64,000 nt of DNA from Chlamydiota bacterium (GTDB lineage: Bacteria; Chlamydiota; Chlamydiia; Chlamydiales; JAAKFQ01): positions 1,650 through 65,649 of the forward strand of contig JAAKFQ010000001.1 of assembly GCA_011064725.1 (NCBI GenBank). The letters run 5' to 3'. Positions 1-9,185 of this stretch are shown here, in pieces; the stretch's first letter is position 1, and each line of letters begins with the position of its first letter. The notes under the pieces were generated by a model. The model made no database searches. It was not told the origin of the DNA and saw only the letters and a program-made list of their open reading frames with translations. The translations under genes were made by a program, and so were the position numbers.

Positions 1-588
1 TATGGTCATCATTCCCAGTTGCCCATGAAGGAAACCGAGAGTCATTCAAATTCTTCAAATCTATATTCTCTCACCAAAAGAACTAATGAAATGTTAGCCG
101 ATATTTATCATAAAAATTATGGGATTTCCACTTTAGGTTTAAGGTTTTTTTCTGTTTATGGTCCTCTCGGAAGACCTGATATGGCTTATTATGTTTTTAC
201 TAAAAATGTCTTAAATCGAATTCCTGTTCTTTTGCATGGAAAAGGAATGATGGCACGAGATTATACTTATATCGAAGATGTTTTAGAAGGAATTGTTGCT
301 GTTTTGGAAAGTTCATATCAAAATGAAGTTTTTAATTTAGGAAGTGGTACTTCTTACACACTTTATGAAATGCTTCGCATCATCCAGGATAAATTAGGAA
401 TTCAAGCTTCTATTCAGAAAACGGACAACATGTTTTTTGGTGTTCAAAAAACATTGGCCTGTAATGAAAAAAGTGAACGGATGTTAGGATATTTAGCAAA
501 AACTAAATTTCAAGATGGACTACACCAATTTATTGATTGGTATCTGGAATACAAAAACGCTAAAAATCTTAAATTGGAGTCTCGATGA
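1..588 (+). CDS. NAD-dependent sugar-nucleotide epimerase/dehydratase (SDR), 3' part; gene begins upstream of the window
   Basis: Frame 1 is open from nt 1. Catalytic YxxxK (YSLTK) is followed by FFSVYGPLGRPDMA, typical of UDP-sugar 4-epimerases. Confidence 0.75.
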   Translation, partial: YGHHSQLPMKETESHSNSSNLYSLTKRTNEMLADIYHKNYGISTLGLRFFSVYGPLGRPDMAYYVFTKNVLNRIPVLLHGKGMMARDYTYIEDVLEGIVAVLESSYQNEVFNLGSGTSYTLYEMLRIIQDKLGIQASIQKTDNMFFGVQKTLACNEKSERMLGYLAKTKFQDGLHQFIDWYLEYKNAKNLKLESR

Positions 589-1406
589 ATTCACGTAACC
601 TATCTTTTACCATTTTTATTTCAGCCCATAAATCTCTACATTTTGCAAAACGATGTATTCAATCCATTCAATGGCAAGAAAAGGATTTTAACGTAGATGT
701 TATTTATGTAGATGATGCGTCTTTCTACAATGTGCAGCAAAAAGAAGAACTTAAAGATATTGTCAAAAGTGTTAACGGGAAAGTTTTCTTTTCCGATAAA
801 AGGCTGTATCAAATTGGCGCCTTTGATCAATACATTCCAAAAATCGAAAATAAACAAACAATTGTGTGTTTACTAGATGGAGATGATTATCTTCTTCCTC
901 ATGCACTTTCTACTCTTCATAAAACCTATTCTAATCCTGAAGTATTAATGAGTTATGGAAACACACTTTTAGATTTCCGTCCTTTTCAAGATTCTAAACC
1001 CAAATATTTTTATGATAAAAAAACCGTCAATATTGCTTATTCGAAAGAGGTTTGGCAAAAACGTTCTTTTAGAGAGGATGGATTTAGATGTTTTCACTTA
1101 AGAAGTTTTTACAGATGGTTGTGGGATTTTGTTAAAAGTGATGGTTTTTATAGAAAGGATGGAACGTATTTTAGGGCTTCTGGAGATAGTGCTTTTGTCT
1201 ATCCTATGCTTGAAATGTTGGCAGATCCTAAACATGTCGTATTTATAGAAGATCCTATTTACGTTTATAGACTCCATGAAGGTAATGTGCATAATCATGA
1301 TAAAAAAAGTCAATCGGATGATCTTAATACCATACGATTTAGCCTTCCAAAATACAAACCTTTAGAAAGACATATTTTAAACCACTTCATTTCAGGTAGT
1401 TTATAA
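585..1406 (+). CDS. Glycosyltransferase, family 2-like
   Basis: N-terminal FTIFISAH...VIYVDDAS and a later LDGDD (DxD) motif. ATGA overlap with the epimerase stop. Confidence 0.6.
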   Translation: MNSRNLSFTIFISAHKSLHFAKRCIQSIQWQEKDFNVDVIYVDDASFYNVQQKEELKDIVKSVNGKVFFSDKRLYQIGAFDQYIPKIENKQTIVCLLDGDDYLLPHALSTLHKTYSNPEVLMSYGNTLLDFRPFQDSKPKYFYDKKTVNIAYSKEVWQKRSFREDGFRCFHLRSFYRWLWDFVKSDGFYRKDGTYFRASGDSAFVYPMLEMLADPKHVVFIEDPIYVYRLHEGNVHNHDKKSQSDDLNTIRFSLPKYKPLERHILNHFISGSL

Positions 1407-3128
1407 ATGTGTGGTATTGTCGGCTTAATTGATCCTTTTTGCAAAAAAGAAGTTTTATCAAGACAGCTAGAAAAGGGATGTCAGCTTTTAAAACATCGTG
1501 GTCCTGATGACCAGGGAATGTATCTAGAAGAAGGTGCTGGCTTTGGCGTAAGACGTCTTGCAATCCAAGATTTAGTAAACGGTAAACAGCCCTTCTACTA
1601 TCGCAACCACGTTCTTTTTTTTAATGGAGAATTATATGGAATCCATTCTTTACGACATAATCTTATCCAGTTAGGTTATCCGATAAGCACAAATTGCGAT
1701 ACTGAAGTATTTTTATACGCATATTTCCATTACAAGGAAAATTTTTTAGATCAGCTGTCTGGCATGTTTGCCTTTGCTATATGGAATTCTGAAACAAAAC
1801 AACTGGTAATTGGAAGAGATCGATGGGGAGAAAAACCTCTTTATTACACTCAAAATGGGAACTACTTTGCTTTTGCTTCCGAAATACACGCCTTTAAAGC
1901 TTTCGAAAAAACAGATTGGACTATCTCAAAACCAGATATTTATTTCTTTTTGCAACATAGTCATTTATTGGTTCCAAAAACAGGTTGGGAAAATATCCAT
2001 AAGCTGGAACAGGGATCCATATTAACATTTAAAGAAGGAAAAGTGGATTTTTATCGATATTTTAATTTCCTTCAAACCATTCAAAAAAAAACCATACAAA
2101 AAACACCCACTCAATTTCTTGATATTTTAAACACAAGCGTAAAAGAATGTCTGGTAAGTGATAGACCCGTAGGAGCCTTTTTAAGTGGGGGAGTTGATTC
2201 ATCAAGTATTGTGGCTTTAGCAAAGAAACATCTAGATATACCTGTCTTTTCTTTATGTTGGGATAATCCAAAATATACGGAAGAAACTTACAGCAATATG
2301 TTGGTAAGGCATTTAAATTTAAAACATTATAAAACTTCTTGTACTCCTAATTATTTCAAGCAGCATTTTGATAGTATCGCAGCTAGTTATGGTGAATTAT
2401 TTGGTGATGAATCTATGATTCCTACTTCATGTTTAGCTGAATTCGCAAAATCTCACGTAGATGTCGTATTAACAGGGGATGGAGGTGATGAACTTTTCCA
2501 TGGATATGATCGCTACTTTTTTAATGATCTTGATTTTATGAAATATTTAGATATTTTTTCCGCATTACCAAAGCAATTAAAAGAAAAGAGTCATCTTTCT
2601 AGGATTCAAGTTGACAATCATCCTTATATCGAATTACATGAATTTATCATAAAAAGCACCCATCCTCTGCGAGCTAGATCCTATTTAGATTTAATCACTT
2701 ATCTTACAAATACTATTCTTACAAAAGTAGATCGTGCGACAATGAGGGTTTCGCTTGAATCTAGGGCTCCTTTTCTTCAAAAAAGAATTACAGATTTTAT
2801 TCTAGGCACAAAAATAGAAGACTTGCATTCTTCAAGGTTGCGAAAAAAAATATTGAAAGATGCTGTTTGTCATTTACTACCTTCAAAAATTCTAAACCGG
2901 GAAAAAAAAGGCTTTGGCATGCCTCTTGAATTCTGGTTTTCTCAAGATTTAAAAAGTTGGTTAATAGAGCGGTTGCATTCTTCTTTTTTATTGAGTTTAG
3001 ATTTTATTCACGAAAATAGTGTTGAATATCTCATCAAAAATGCTGGAAAAAAAAGTCACAAAAGATTGATTTTTAATCTATTAGTATTGGAAACTTGGCT
3101 TCGAAATCAACCTAAATATATCTGTTAG
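1407..3128 (+). CDS. asnB: Asparagine synthase (glutamine-hydrolysing)-type amidotransferase
   Basis: Starts MCGIVG (Ntn Cys2). SGGVDSS PP-loop motif at about aa 260. 573 aa. Confidence 0.85.
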   Translation: MCGIVGLIDPFCKKEVLSRQLEKGCQLLKHRGPDDQGMYLEEGAGFGVRRLAIQDLVNGKQPFYYRNHVLFFNGELYGIHSLRHNLIQLGYPISTNCDTEVFLYAYFHYKENFLDQLSGMFAFAIWNSETKQLVIGRDRWGEKPLYYTQNGNYFAFASEIHAFKAFEKTDWTISKPDIYFFLQHSHLLVPKTGWENIHKLEQGSILTFKEGKVDFYRYFNFLQTIQKKTIQKTPTQFLDILNTSVKECLVSDRPVGAFLSGGVDSSSIVALAKKHLDIPVFSLCWDNPKYTEETYSNMLVRHLNLKHYKTSCTPNYFKQHFDSIAASYGELFGDESMIPTSCLAEFAKSHVDVVLTGDGGDELFHGYDRYFFNDLDFMKYLDIFSALPKQLKEKSHLSRIQVDNHPYIELHEFIIKSTHPLRARSYLDLITYLTNTILTKVDRATMRVSLESRAPFLQKRITDFILGTKIEDLHSSRLRKKILKDAVCHLLPSKILNREKKGFGMPLEFWFSQDLKSWLIERLHSSFLLSLDFIHENSVEYLIKNAGKKSHKRLIFNLLVLETWLRNQPKYIC

Positions 3129-3138
3129 GTATTTTACG

Positions 3139-4086
3139 ATGCAAAAACATCCATGGCGTATCACATTTGTCACCAACCCAGATGATTGCAATCTAAGGTG
3201 TCTGATGTGCAAGGGACATTCCATATACATAAAGCGCATAAAAAATAAGCGTTACATGGATCTCGACCTTATTCGAAAAGTTTTCAAAGAATCTATTTCT
3301 TTAAAAGAGATCATTCCATCTACCATGGGCGAACCTCTTTTATTTAAGCATTTTGATGCCCTTATTGACCTATGCCATGAATTCAATATAAAAATGAACC
3401 TAACCACAAATGGAACCTTTCCAAGATATGGAGCTATTGAATGGGCTAAAAAGATTGTACCTGTTGGGTCTGATATCAAAATTTCATGGAATGGAGTCAA
3501 AAAAGAAACTTTTGAAAAGATCATGATAGGATCCAATTTTGAAAAACATCTCCAAAACGTCAAAGATTTCATCAAAATAAGAGATGAGATTGCAGATAGG
3601 GGAGGGAATTTTTGCCAAGTGAGCTTCCAGATAACTGTCATGGAAAGCAATGTAAAAGAGCTCAAAGAGATGATTCAGTTAGCTGCAAATCTTGGCGTCA
3701 ATCGCATTAAAGCAAATCATGTATGGGTATTTCACCAAGAAGTAAAGCGAGAAAGCTTGAAAAAAGAAAGATGGAATCATTTTGCAAAAGAAGCAATAGA
3801 ATGTGCCAAAGACCTCAATATTGTTTTACAAAATATTAAGCCCTTAGACACACACACTCTTCCAAAAGCATGTCCTTTCATTGGCAAGGAAGCTTGGGTA
3901 TCTGTAGAAGGGGAGTTTGGTCCTTGTTGTTCTTTTGATAAACAAAAACTAGGACATTTTGGAAATCTGCATACTCAGTCTATGGAAGCAATTTTCAATA
4001 GCAAAACGTATAAAAACTTTGTCAAGAATTACGCAAACCATCCGGTATGCAAGCAGTGTAATATGAGAAAATGCGGCCCAAGTTAA
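3139..4086 (+). CDS. Radical SAM enzyme with Cys-rich SPASM/twitch-like C-terminus
   Basis: CNLRCLMC (CxxxCxxC) near the N-terminus. C-terminal Cys cluster CPF...GPCCSFD...HPVCKQCNMRKC. Confidence 0.7.
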   Translation: MQKHPWRITFVTNPDDCNLRCLMCKGHSIYIKRIKNKRYMDLDLIRKVFKESISLKEIIPSTMGEPLLFKHFDALIDLCHEFNIKMNLTTNGTFPRYGAIEWAKKIVPVGSDIKISWNGVKKETFEKIMIGSNFEKHLQNVKDFIKIRDEIADRGGNFCQVSFQITVMESNVKELKEMIQLAANLGVNRIKANHVWVFHQEVKRESLKKERWNHFAKEAIECAKDLNIVLQNIKPLDTHTLPKACPFIGKEAWVSVEGEFGPCCSFDKQKLGHFGNLHTQSMEAIFNSKTYKNFVKNYANHPVCKQCNMRKCGPS

Positions 4087-4104
4087 CCTCGGGCCCACAA
4101 ATGT

Positions 4105-4479
4105 TTAACGATGATATTTTCTCGGCATAACGAAGAGTGAAAATAAAATCACAAAGAAGATGATCAATTCTATCACAGCTGTCATTGTGACATTTTGATT
4201 TGTTGTGTACATATCCATCCAAAATACGCCCACAAGTACAATCAACACAACAAGCGCAATTGACCAAGTCACAGCACCTGCTGAAAGCTCTTTCACTTTT
4301 TTATTTGTAATGAGGCAGGTTGTTCCAACAATTGCAAGAGCAAATGCAAATGCTTGTGCAAGCCATGCAATAATTCCGTTCATGGAAGGAGACCAAACGG
4401 TTGTTTGATTCACAACACCACCTACGACCAAGAACAAAATGGCCATAACAAAATAAGAAAAACTATCCAAAAATTTCAT
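4105..4479 (-). CDS. Small integral membrane protein (about 4 TM), unknown function
   Basis: Hydrophobic 124-aa ORF. The antisense ORFs 4022..4267 and 4205..4408 look like shadows. Confidence 0.5.
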   Translation of the reverse strand: MKFLDSFSYFVMAILFLVVGGVVNQTTVWSPSMNGIIAWLAQAFAFALAIVGTTCLITNKKVKELSAGAVTWSIALVVLIVLVGVFWMDMYTTNQNVTMTAVIELIIFFVILFSLFVMPRKYHR

Positions 4480-4542
4480 TTTTTATCTCCTTTAAGGATT
4501 TAGTTATTTTTCATTTGTATTCCATTTGCGATTTTTTGTAAA

Positions 4543-4815
4543 ATGTTTTTTATGAAAGCATTAGAAAAACATAAGACTTTTACACAAATTCCCACAATTG
4601 GTCCCAGCCTAGCTCAAGATCTGATAGATTTGGGTTTTATAGATATTCATCAACTAAAAGGCAAAGATCCCCAAAAACTTTACGATCAATTTTGCAAATT
4701 AAAAAAGCAAAAAGTGGATAGATGTGTCCTTTATGCATTTCGATTGGTCGTTTATTTTGCTTCTCATAAGAAAAAAGATCCTAAAAAACTTAAATGGTGG
4801 GCGTTTAAAGATTGA
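4543..4815 (+). CDS. Helix-hairpin-helix protein ('pathogenicity locus'/Cdd1-like family)
   Basis: IPTIGPSLAQDLIDLGF...LKGKDPQKLY...VDRCVLYAFRLVVYFA resembles the HhH Cdd1 family as I recall it. Confidence 0.5.
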   Translation: MFFMKALEKHKTFTQIPTIGPSLAQDLIDLGFIDIHQLKGKDPQKLYDQFCKLKKQKVDRCVLYAFRLVVYFASHKKKDPKKLKWWAFKD

Positions 4816-5609
4816 TTGTTTTGACCTATGCATTTCTTATTCTAGCAATTGTAAGCCGATGGTTTTTTTCTAAAACCCTTTCATTTTGCTTGGTTTTTGT
4901 AAGCCTAGCTTGTGCTTCTTTTGCTTCCATAATGACCCTACAAGGTCTGCTTGCTTTGATTCTTCTTTTTGAGTTGATTTATTTGCTTAAAAAAGAGCGT
5001 TTGCATTCGTTATCCCTCATTTACCAAATCCTTGTAGCCACGGTTGCTATTTTGATTGCCAAGCACATGTTTGATGGGTTTGTTAATTTTCAAGTTCTCA
5101 ATCAGATCCAAATTGAGCCTACATCCACAAAAATGTCTCTTTTTTTAAGCTTTGATAAAGGTGTTGTAGGTTTTTTGCTCTTAGGTATTATTCCCATCTG
5201 CCACAGCATTCAAGATTGGAAAAAAGTTCTCAAGGGGATTTTGATCTATTTACCCATCGCTATTTTTATCATGCTGATTTTGGTGTGGATATTAGGCTAT
5301 GTGAAATGGAGTGTAAAATTTCCCTCATTTTTATGGATCTGGTCACTTGCCAATCTATTTTTAGTCAGTATTTCAGAAGAAACCATTTTTAGAGGTTTTA
5401 TTCAAAAAAGACTCGTTGATCTCTTTGGCAACCACATCCTATCAAAAATAGGAGCCATTATCATTGCCTCCGTTCTTTTTGGATTTGTATTGCATCCAGG
5501 AAGCGTGATATACAAGGCGCTTGCCACCATTGCTGGCATTATCTATGGAATCAGCTATCCAGACTACCCAAAGAATAGAAACAGCGATTGGAGTGCACTT
5601 TTTATTTAA
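4812..5609 (+). CDS. CPBP (CAAX-type) intramembrane metalloprotease family protein
   Basis: Multi-TM protein with SEETIFRGF (EExxxR) and a later FGFVLH motif. The start codon is non-ATG and uncertain. Confidence 0.6.
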   Translation: MIVLTYAFLILAIVSRWFFSKTLSFCLVFVSLACASFASIMTLQGLLALILLFELIYLLKKERLHSLSLIYQILVATVAILIAKHMFDGFVNFQVLNQIQIEPTSTKMSLFLSFDKGVVGFLLLGIIPICHSIQDWKKVLKGILIYLPIAIFIMLILVWILGYVKWSVKFPSFLWIWSLANLFLVSISEETIFRGFIQKRLVDLFGNHILSKIGAIIIASVLFGFVLHPGSVIYKALATIAGIIYGISYPDYPKNRNSDWSALFI

Positions 5610-5662
5610 TTTGGTACACATTCTATTCTTTTCCTACCCAAGCCTTCTAAGATGAGTTTTTA

Positions 5663-6175
5663 CTAGATTTTCATCTGGGGTTTTTTGACAGGTCTTGTGT
5701 GCTTTAATCTACGCATAAAAGCCACAATACGTCCAAGGGCAAACCCTACGCTAAATCCAAAAAAGCCGCCTTTAAAAACCAAATGAAGGGGAGAGGAGGC
5801 AAACTCAGGATCGGTTGCTAGTTGATAACCTGTAAAATACTTAAAACTAAAAATAGAAAGAATGACAAATAGCAGAATTTTATCACCTGGATGATAAATG
5901 GTCTTTTTATCTGCCTGCCACTGAATTTTAGGAATGGTGGTAAAGGTAAGATAAAACACAGGCACTAGACTCAAAATCAGTGTTGTTAATGATAAAGGAT
6001 TCAAAATAGTTGCATTTAAGCTAAGAAGATTGACTCCAAGGATAATCGCAGGAATCAAAAATACAACCCATGAGGGCATTTTCTTTGGCTGTCTAGCGCT
6101 CCAACCTCGATAGACTAGAAAGGCAAAAAGCGCATAGACCCAAATAGGCGTGTGTTTTAATATTTCAATTAACAT
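5663..6175 (-). CDS. Integral membrane protein, unknown function
   Basis: 170-aa hydrophobic ORF with a basic C-terminus. Confidence 0.45.
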   Translation of the reverse strand: MLIEILKHTPIWVYALFAFLVYRGWSARQPKKMPSWVVFLIPAIILGVNLLSLNATILNPLSLTTLILSLVPVFYLTFTTIPKIQWQADKKTIYHPGDKILLFVILSIFSFKYFTGYQLATDPEFASSPLHLVFKGGFFGFSVGFALGRIVAFMRRLKHTRPVKKPQMKI

Positions 6176-6262
6176 AGAACAATTTTAACATAATGCATTT
6201 AATATCGTCTAGGCAAGTTTTAATTTGAATGTTTATTCTAATTTAAGTATCTTATCTTCAAT

Positions 6263-6656
6263 ATGAAAAGCACAAATTTGGCTGTTGTTGCCATTCTCGT
6301 TCATCAAGATAAATGCCTCTTTTTGAAACGTCATAACCCACCCCTTAATTGGTGTCCTCCTGCAGGTCGCTTGCTCGAAGGGGAAGATCCAGCTTTAGGC
6401 CTTTTAAGAGAAATCTTTGAAGAAACAGGTTTAAAAGCAGATGTCATTTTACCTGTATCTGATTGCCGGGCAAACGCAGCCTCTGTACCACGCTCATTTG
6501 ATCATTACCACAAATTCAAAGGAAGAAGTATTGGGTAGATTATCTATGTTTTTTAGGATGTTAATACCTACAATCCCTCTGTCTAATAAGGAACTTGCAA
6601 AACGCGTTGAACATTATCAAAATACATTAGGAACCTTTTTGAACACGCAAGATTAG
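6263..6656 (+). pseudogene. Nudix hydrolase, probably frameshifted or decaying
   Basis: ORF 6263..6538 has a Nudix box (GRLLEGEDPALGLLREIFEETGL) but stops at 91 aa. A second ORF continues in another frame (6441..6656). About 390 bp of non-coding DNA follows. Confidence 0.4.
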
Positions 6657-7044
6657 TGTCTATTTTTCAATTGCTTAAAGCTTACCCGGCATCACAACAT
6701 AAGATATATTATCCGACGCTATAAGGGTTGGCGAATTGACACACCCCTATTAATCCTTGACCTTTTTCAAAAAAAGATTTAACATCTTTATGAATTCTTT
6801 AAAGGAGTCATAATGTGATGGCACAAGCGGTAAGATCTTCTCTTAATCCTGATACCGATATAACCTAAATTTTTTATTACATGCTTAAAATTCTCCATAT
6901 TATGCATGACAGAAGTGAACACTCAAAATATTCACTACTTTATCAAAAAGCTTCTCGCCATGGTGAGCCAAAAAAACTTTCACATGAAGCATTCCTAAGA
7001 AAGTATTATGATCCCTCCAAAAAAAACATGCATTATTTCATGAA

Positions 7045-8355
7045 TTAAGAAGAAGGCTCAGCAGTTGCCTCGGGCGTTGTTATTGCCACTTTAGATTCTA
7101 GTCTGGTCAAAACCAAGAATGAAAGAATCGCAAAGCCTGCTGTGATGATGAAAAAGACGCTCCACTGCTGCTCAAAGAAGTAAAAAAACAGCCCACTAAG
7201 GGAAATGATAATGGCTTTAAATCCTGTATTTAATGCTGTTAGATAGGAAAACTGCAAAGAGGCATTATCTTTTGTCACAATAAGAGAATAAAACGTATAC
7301 AGAGCAACTAAACTAAAGCTACCTACAATATTACCTAATATTAACACGACAAAAAGAAAGGTTTTTGTCGGAGCAGATAAACTCATATATACAAGGACAC
7401 AAGAAAATAGTACTTGCAATAGAGCAACGGCAAAAAGACCCTTTTTATAATTAGATTTTGACTGAACCTCCCCTGCAACGAAACTTCCTAAAATATTTGC
7501 TAAAAAAGCAGGTAGAATTCCTAAGGCAATTTGTGTCATTGTAAAATTTAAACTTCTTAAAAAACTCCATATCAAAACATTCATAATGGCGTCAAACACC
7601 TTTGTTGAAAAAAAGAATATATAAAGCTTTACCCATGGCTGTCTTGAAAAATGATTCTCTTTTATGATTAAAAGATTATTTTTTAATCTTTCCCATAAAT
7701 TCATCCCTGATACTTTTGAAGATAATTGAATCGTAGAAAGTGTTTTTTTGAAAAAGAAGATGACTAGCATTGGAATAAGAAGAAATACAATACCGATCAA
7801 ATAGACCAGTTGCCAATTTGCAAGATAATCAGCCAAAAATAAAGCACCTGCAGCAGAAGTCAATAGGCCCACTCTGAAACCCAATGTATTCACAGAAGTT
7901 CCATAAGATAAAAGATTAGGGGGTAAAAGATGGATCCGGATTCCCCCACTGGCATTATCTACAACAGAAAAAGAAAGTGCCATGATTAATAAGCACAGTG
8001 CAAACAAATAAAACTGCGTGAGCGGATCCAACAAACTCATACAAAATAGAGAAATGGATATGCCCAACAAACCAAGTAACAAAAAGAAACGAAAATTACC
8101 AAAACTTTTAATCCACCTAGCCTGCGTATTTTCAATCATGGAGGACCAAAGCAATTTGGCCAATAAAGGAATATTGACTAAGGCCAAAAGAATACTCACC
8201 CTAGAAGTTGCCATTCCTATAGACTCTAGATAGTTACACAACGTACTAGACATCAGCACATAGGATAATCCCAAAGCAAATCCAAGTGGGAACATAAATA
8301 GAACCCTTGGATTCAAATACTCTCTAGAAAAAAATCTTTTTTTGGTTGCTTCCAT
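7045..8355 (-). CDS. MFS transporter (AmpG/muropeptide-permease-like)
   Basis: 436 aa with about 12 predicted TM segments and an MFS-like N-terminus. The AmpG-like subfamily assignment is tentative. Confidence 0.55.
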   Translation of the reverse strand: MEATKKRFFSREYLNPRVLFMFPLGFALGLSYVLMSSTLCNYLESIGMATSRVSILLALVNIPLLAKLLWSSMIENTQARWIKSFGNFRFFLLLGLLGISISLFCMSLLDPLTQFYLFALCLLIMALSFSVVDNASGGIRIHLLPPNLLSYGTSVNTLGFRVGLLTSAAGALFLADYLANWQLVYLIGIVFLLIPMLVIFFFKKTLSTIQLSSKVSGMNLWERLKNNLLIIKENHFSRQPWVKLYIFFFSTKVFDAIMNVLIWSFLRSLNFTMTQIALGILPAFLANILGSFVAGEVQSKSNYKKGLFAVALLQVLFSCVLVYMSLSAPTKTFLFVVLILGNIVGSFSLVALYTFYSLIVTKDNASLQFSYLTALNTGFKAIIISLSGLFFYFFEQQWSVFFIITAGFAILSFLVLTRLESKVAITTPEATAEPSS

Positions 8356-8474
8356 AATTTTTTAAAATAATTTTTATGCCAATTTTGAAATTTCAAATAT
8401 ACTCTAGATTGTAGCATTTTTTATGATTTTTTATAAGCATTTTCTCCCCTTATAAGTATTTGATTATAACACAA

Positions 8475-9185
8475 TTACGATCTGAAGGTGAAATGTTCGA
8501 ACTGAGTTTTGAGATCAAGACATAAATTTGAGTCAAAATGGAGGGGTTGGTGGGCTTCGACCAATTGCGTGTCTATGCACCCTTTGGGCCGGAAATTTTG
8601 TAAAACAAAGTTTTTAGCGCCCAGCTCTAACAATTGCTTGGCAACTAGGCGAATATCTTCCTCTGAAAGCAGAAGTCTATGGACTGTTGTACGAAACTCA
8701 TATGCACATTCACTCTTCAAAATAAGTTCTGTAGATTCTAATGCTTGTTTCCCACTATTTTTGACTTGAGTAACGTTTTCATACTTATCAAAAGGCGCTT
8801 TGATATCCATCCCTATCCAATCAAGTAAAGGTAAAACTTCTTCCAAACGCTTGGGCAGGCAGCCTGCTGTATGCAATCCTATTTTGAATCCCAAACTTTT
8901 CACATCCATGATGGCATTTTTAAGATTGGGCTGCATCAGAGCTTCCCCGCCACTAAAAACCACGCCATCTAACAATTTCTTGCGTTTTTCGAGCAAATCC
9001 AAGACATCATCCCAAGCTGTCGTCGAGCGCTCATCAAGAGAAAATGCTTGGAGATTTGGATTATGGCAATAACGACATCTCCAAGGACATCCCTTACAAA
9101 AAATCACGGCAGACAAATAGCCTGGATAGTCAATCGTTGTAAAAGATGTGATCCCCTCTACAAGAAGTGGAATTTTTGTGTGCAT
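8475..9185 (-). CDS. nrdG: Anaerobic ribonucleotide reductase activating protein (radical SAM)
   Basis: CPWRCRYCHN (CxxxCxxC) and FSGGEAL. The likely start is the internal ATG that forms a TAATG overlap with the nrdD stop; the ORF track starts at 9209. Confidence 0.8.
   Translation of the reverse strand: MHTKIPLLVEGITSFTTIDYPGYLSAVIFCKGCPWRCRYCHNPNLQAFSLDERSTTAWDDVLDLLEKRKKLLDGVVFSGGEALMQPNLKNAIMDVKSLGFKIGLHTAGCLPKRLEEVLPLLDWIGMDIKAPFDKYENVTQVKNSGKQALESTELILKSECAYEFRTTVHRLLLSEEDIRLVAKQLLELGAKNFVLQNFRPKGCIDTQLVEAHQPLHFDSNLCLDLKTQFEHFTFRS

Noticed and set aside
6881-7048. 55-codon His/Lys-rich ORF (MLKILHIMHDRSEH…) in the long spacer, overlapping the MFS gene stop.
   Set aside because: It is below the track threshold, has no recognisable motif or convincing RBS, and lies in a region that looks like decaying DNA.
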